A DNA stretch of 64,000 bases from a virus. Below are positions 63,085 through 64,000 of the stretch, one piece after another. Each line of letters begins with the position of its first letter. Position 1 is the stretch's first letter. The translations under genes were made by a program, and so were the position numbers. The notes beneath the pieces are model-generated. The model ran no database searches, had not been told where the DNA came from, and saw nothing but the letters and a program-made list of their open reading frames with translations. The DNA lies in the IMG/VR virus record IMGVR_UViG_3300033182_000678, positions 15,975-79,974 of that record. The stretch is one strand, 5' to 3'.

Positions 63085-63999
63085 CTATAAAGTTGTATAC
63101 AAACCTGTATATTTCTCAAATACTTTTGCCAATTGGTCTGCGTAAATTCCATTAAATTTTTTCTTAACTTTATATTTACCAGCTCTCAATGAACCAAATT
63201 CTATATTGTATAAATCTCTACCTCTATCTAATTCAATACGAACTTTATTTATACCATCTTTTGCTTTTGGTAATGAAAACTGTAATGATTTATTATCACC
63301 TGTAAAATTCTTTGCTCCGGTCATTACAATAAACTTATTTCCACCTAATTGTTGTAGTATTGTTTTTGCTACTTGTGATGTTTCGTTTAGTTTTGCTTCA
63401 TTTACGGATTCTATTTGTTGAGTTTTTATTTTATTAATTCTCCAAGCTTTATCCAATAATCTTTTAATCCAATCCATAGATGAACCTTTTTTCTCATCAC
63501 CAACAATAATCCATTTTTTACCACTACCTCTTACTTTAATTTTATGTATTCTTTGCATTTGTGGACTTGCCCACTTTTTAAATTCATTAGGATTGTTTTT
63601 ACCTATATCTAATTTAAGCATCCAATCAGTTGCTTCATTTACGGATTCTTTCAAGTTAATTTTAAAATTAATTTCTCTCTTATTTGCATCATACTGCTTC
63701 ATAACTTGTCTTTCTATTTCATCATATTTATCAGAATCTTTAGCAGAATTACCTCTATCAATTTTTAATTTTTTAGCTATCATTTGTACTACATCATCAG
63801 AGCCTTTCGTTCTCATTCTTGGGCCATACATTTTTACTTTGAATGATTTTTTTATACTTCCTTCATTTACGGATAGTGGTGATTTTTTATAGTATTTACC
63901 TTTTTTGAATTTATATCCGTTTCTCTTATCAACAGAACCAATGAATGCATCTTTGTAATAAAATTCAACATAATTCATTCCTTTTGATTTTGCAACTTT
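63085..63999 (-). CDS. Modular protein with (E)SVNE linkers, probably truncated by the window edge
   Basis: Frame is open to the window end; three SVNE linkers; last module AKTILQQLGG..F..MTGAK. Confidence 0.65.
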   Translation of the reverse strand, partial: KVAKSKGMNYVEFYYKDAFIGSVDKRNGYKFKKGKYYKKSPLSVNEGSIKKSFKVKMYGPRMRTKGSDDVVQMIAKKLKIDRGNSAKDSDKYDEIERQVMKQYDANKREINFKINLKESVNEATDWMLKLDIGKNNPNEFKKWASPQMQRIHKIKVRGSGKKWIIVGDEKKGSSMDWIKRLLDKAWRINKIKTQQIESVNEAKLNETSQVAKTILQQLGGNKFIVMTGAKNFTGDNKSLQFSLPKAKDGINKVRIELDRGRDLYNIEFGSLRAGKYKVKKKFNGIYADQLAKVFEKYTGLYTTL

Positions 64000-64000
64000 A

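Noticed and set aside
63393-63874. CRISPR-like reading of the 20-nt repeats
   Set aside because: Spacing is about 230 nt and the repeats lie in frame within a coding sequence
64-63892. Plus-strand ORFs and nested alternative-frame ORFs in the track
   Set aside because: They are short, overlap well-supported minus-strand genes, and show no recognisable motifs
1-64000. Alternative genetic code (TAG or TGA recoding)
   Set aside because: Long core genes are intact in the standard code, and TAG/TGA end genes at sensible positions

Overview
A 64-kb, AT-rich segment of a large T4-like (myovirus-type) bacteriophage. Essentially all credible genes lie on the minus strand, and the plus-strand ORFs in the track look like shadows. 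Reading in the direction of transcription (right to left): putative head-internal proteins, ribosomal protein bS21, scaffold, major capsid, neck/tail-completion proteins, tail fibres, sheath, tube, tail chaperone, tape measure and baseplate; APS kinase, ThyX, RimK and a compact PolA-like protein; a ~410-nt intergenic region that folds into a large nested RNA; gp32-like SSB, RecA/UvsX, 5'-3' exonuclease and a radical SAM protein; a gp41/DnaB helicase and a class II (B12) ribonucleotide reductase, each fractured by a split intein with a free-standing endonuclease gene between the halves (the RNR has a second, contiguous HNH intein); a TonB-dependent receptor; PolB, clamp, DNA methyltransferase and clamp loader; a four-gene amino-acid/acyl ligation cassette inserted between the clamp-loader genes; then ClpP, a nuclease and two glycosyltransferases. 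The host is possibly in the FCB group (inferred from the TonB receptor architecture and bS21). The strongest candidates for new biology are the large structured ncRNA, the ligase/GNAT cassette together with Ser-Gly-Ser enrichment in virion proteins, the two adjacent split inteins, and a modular ESVNE-linked polyprotein. All calls come from motif reading by eye; no database searches were run.
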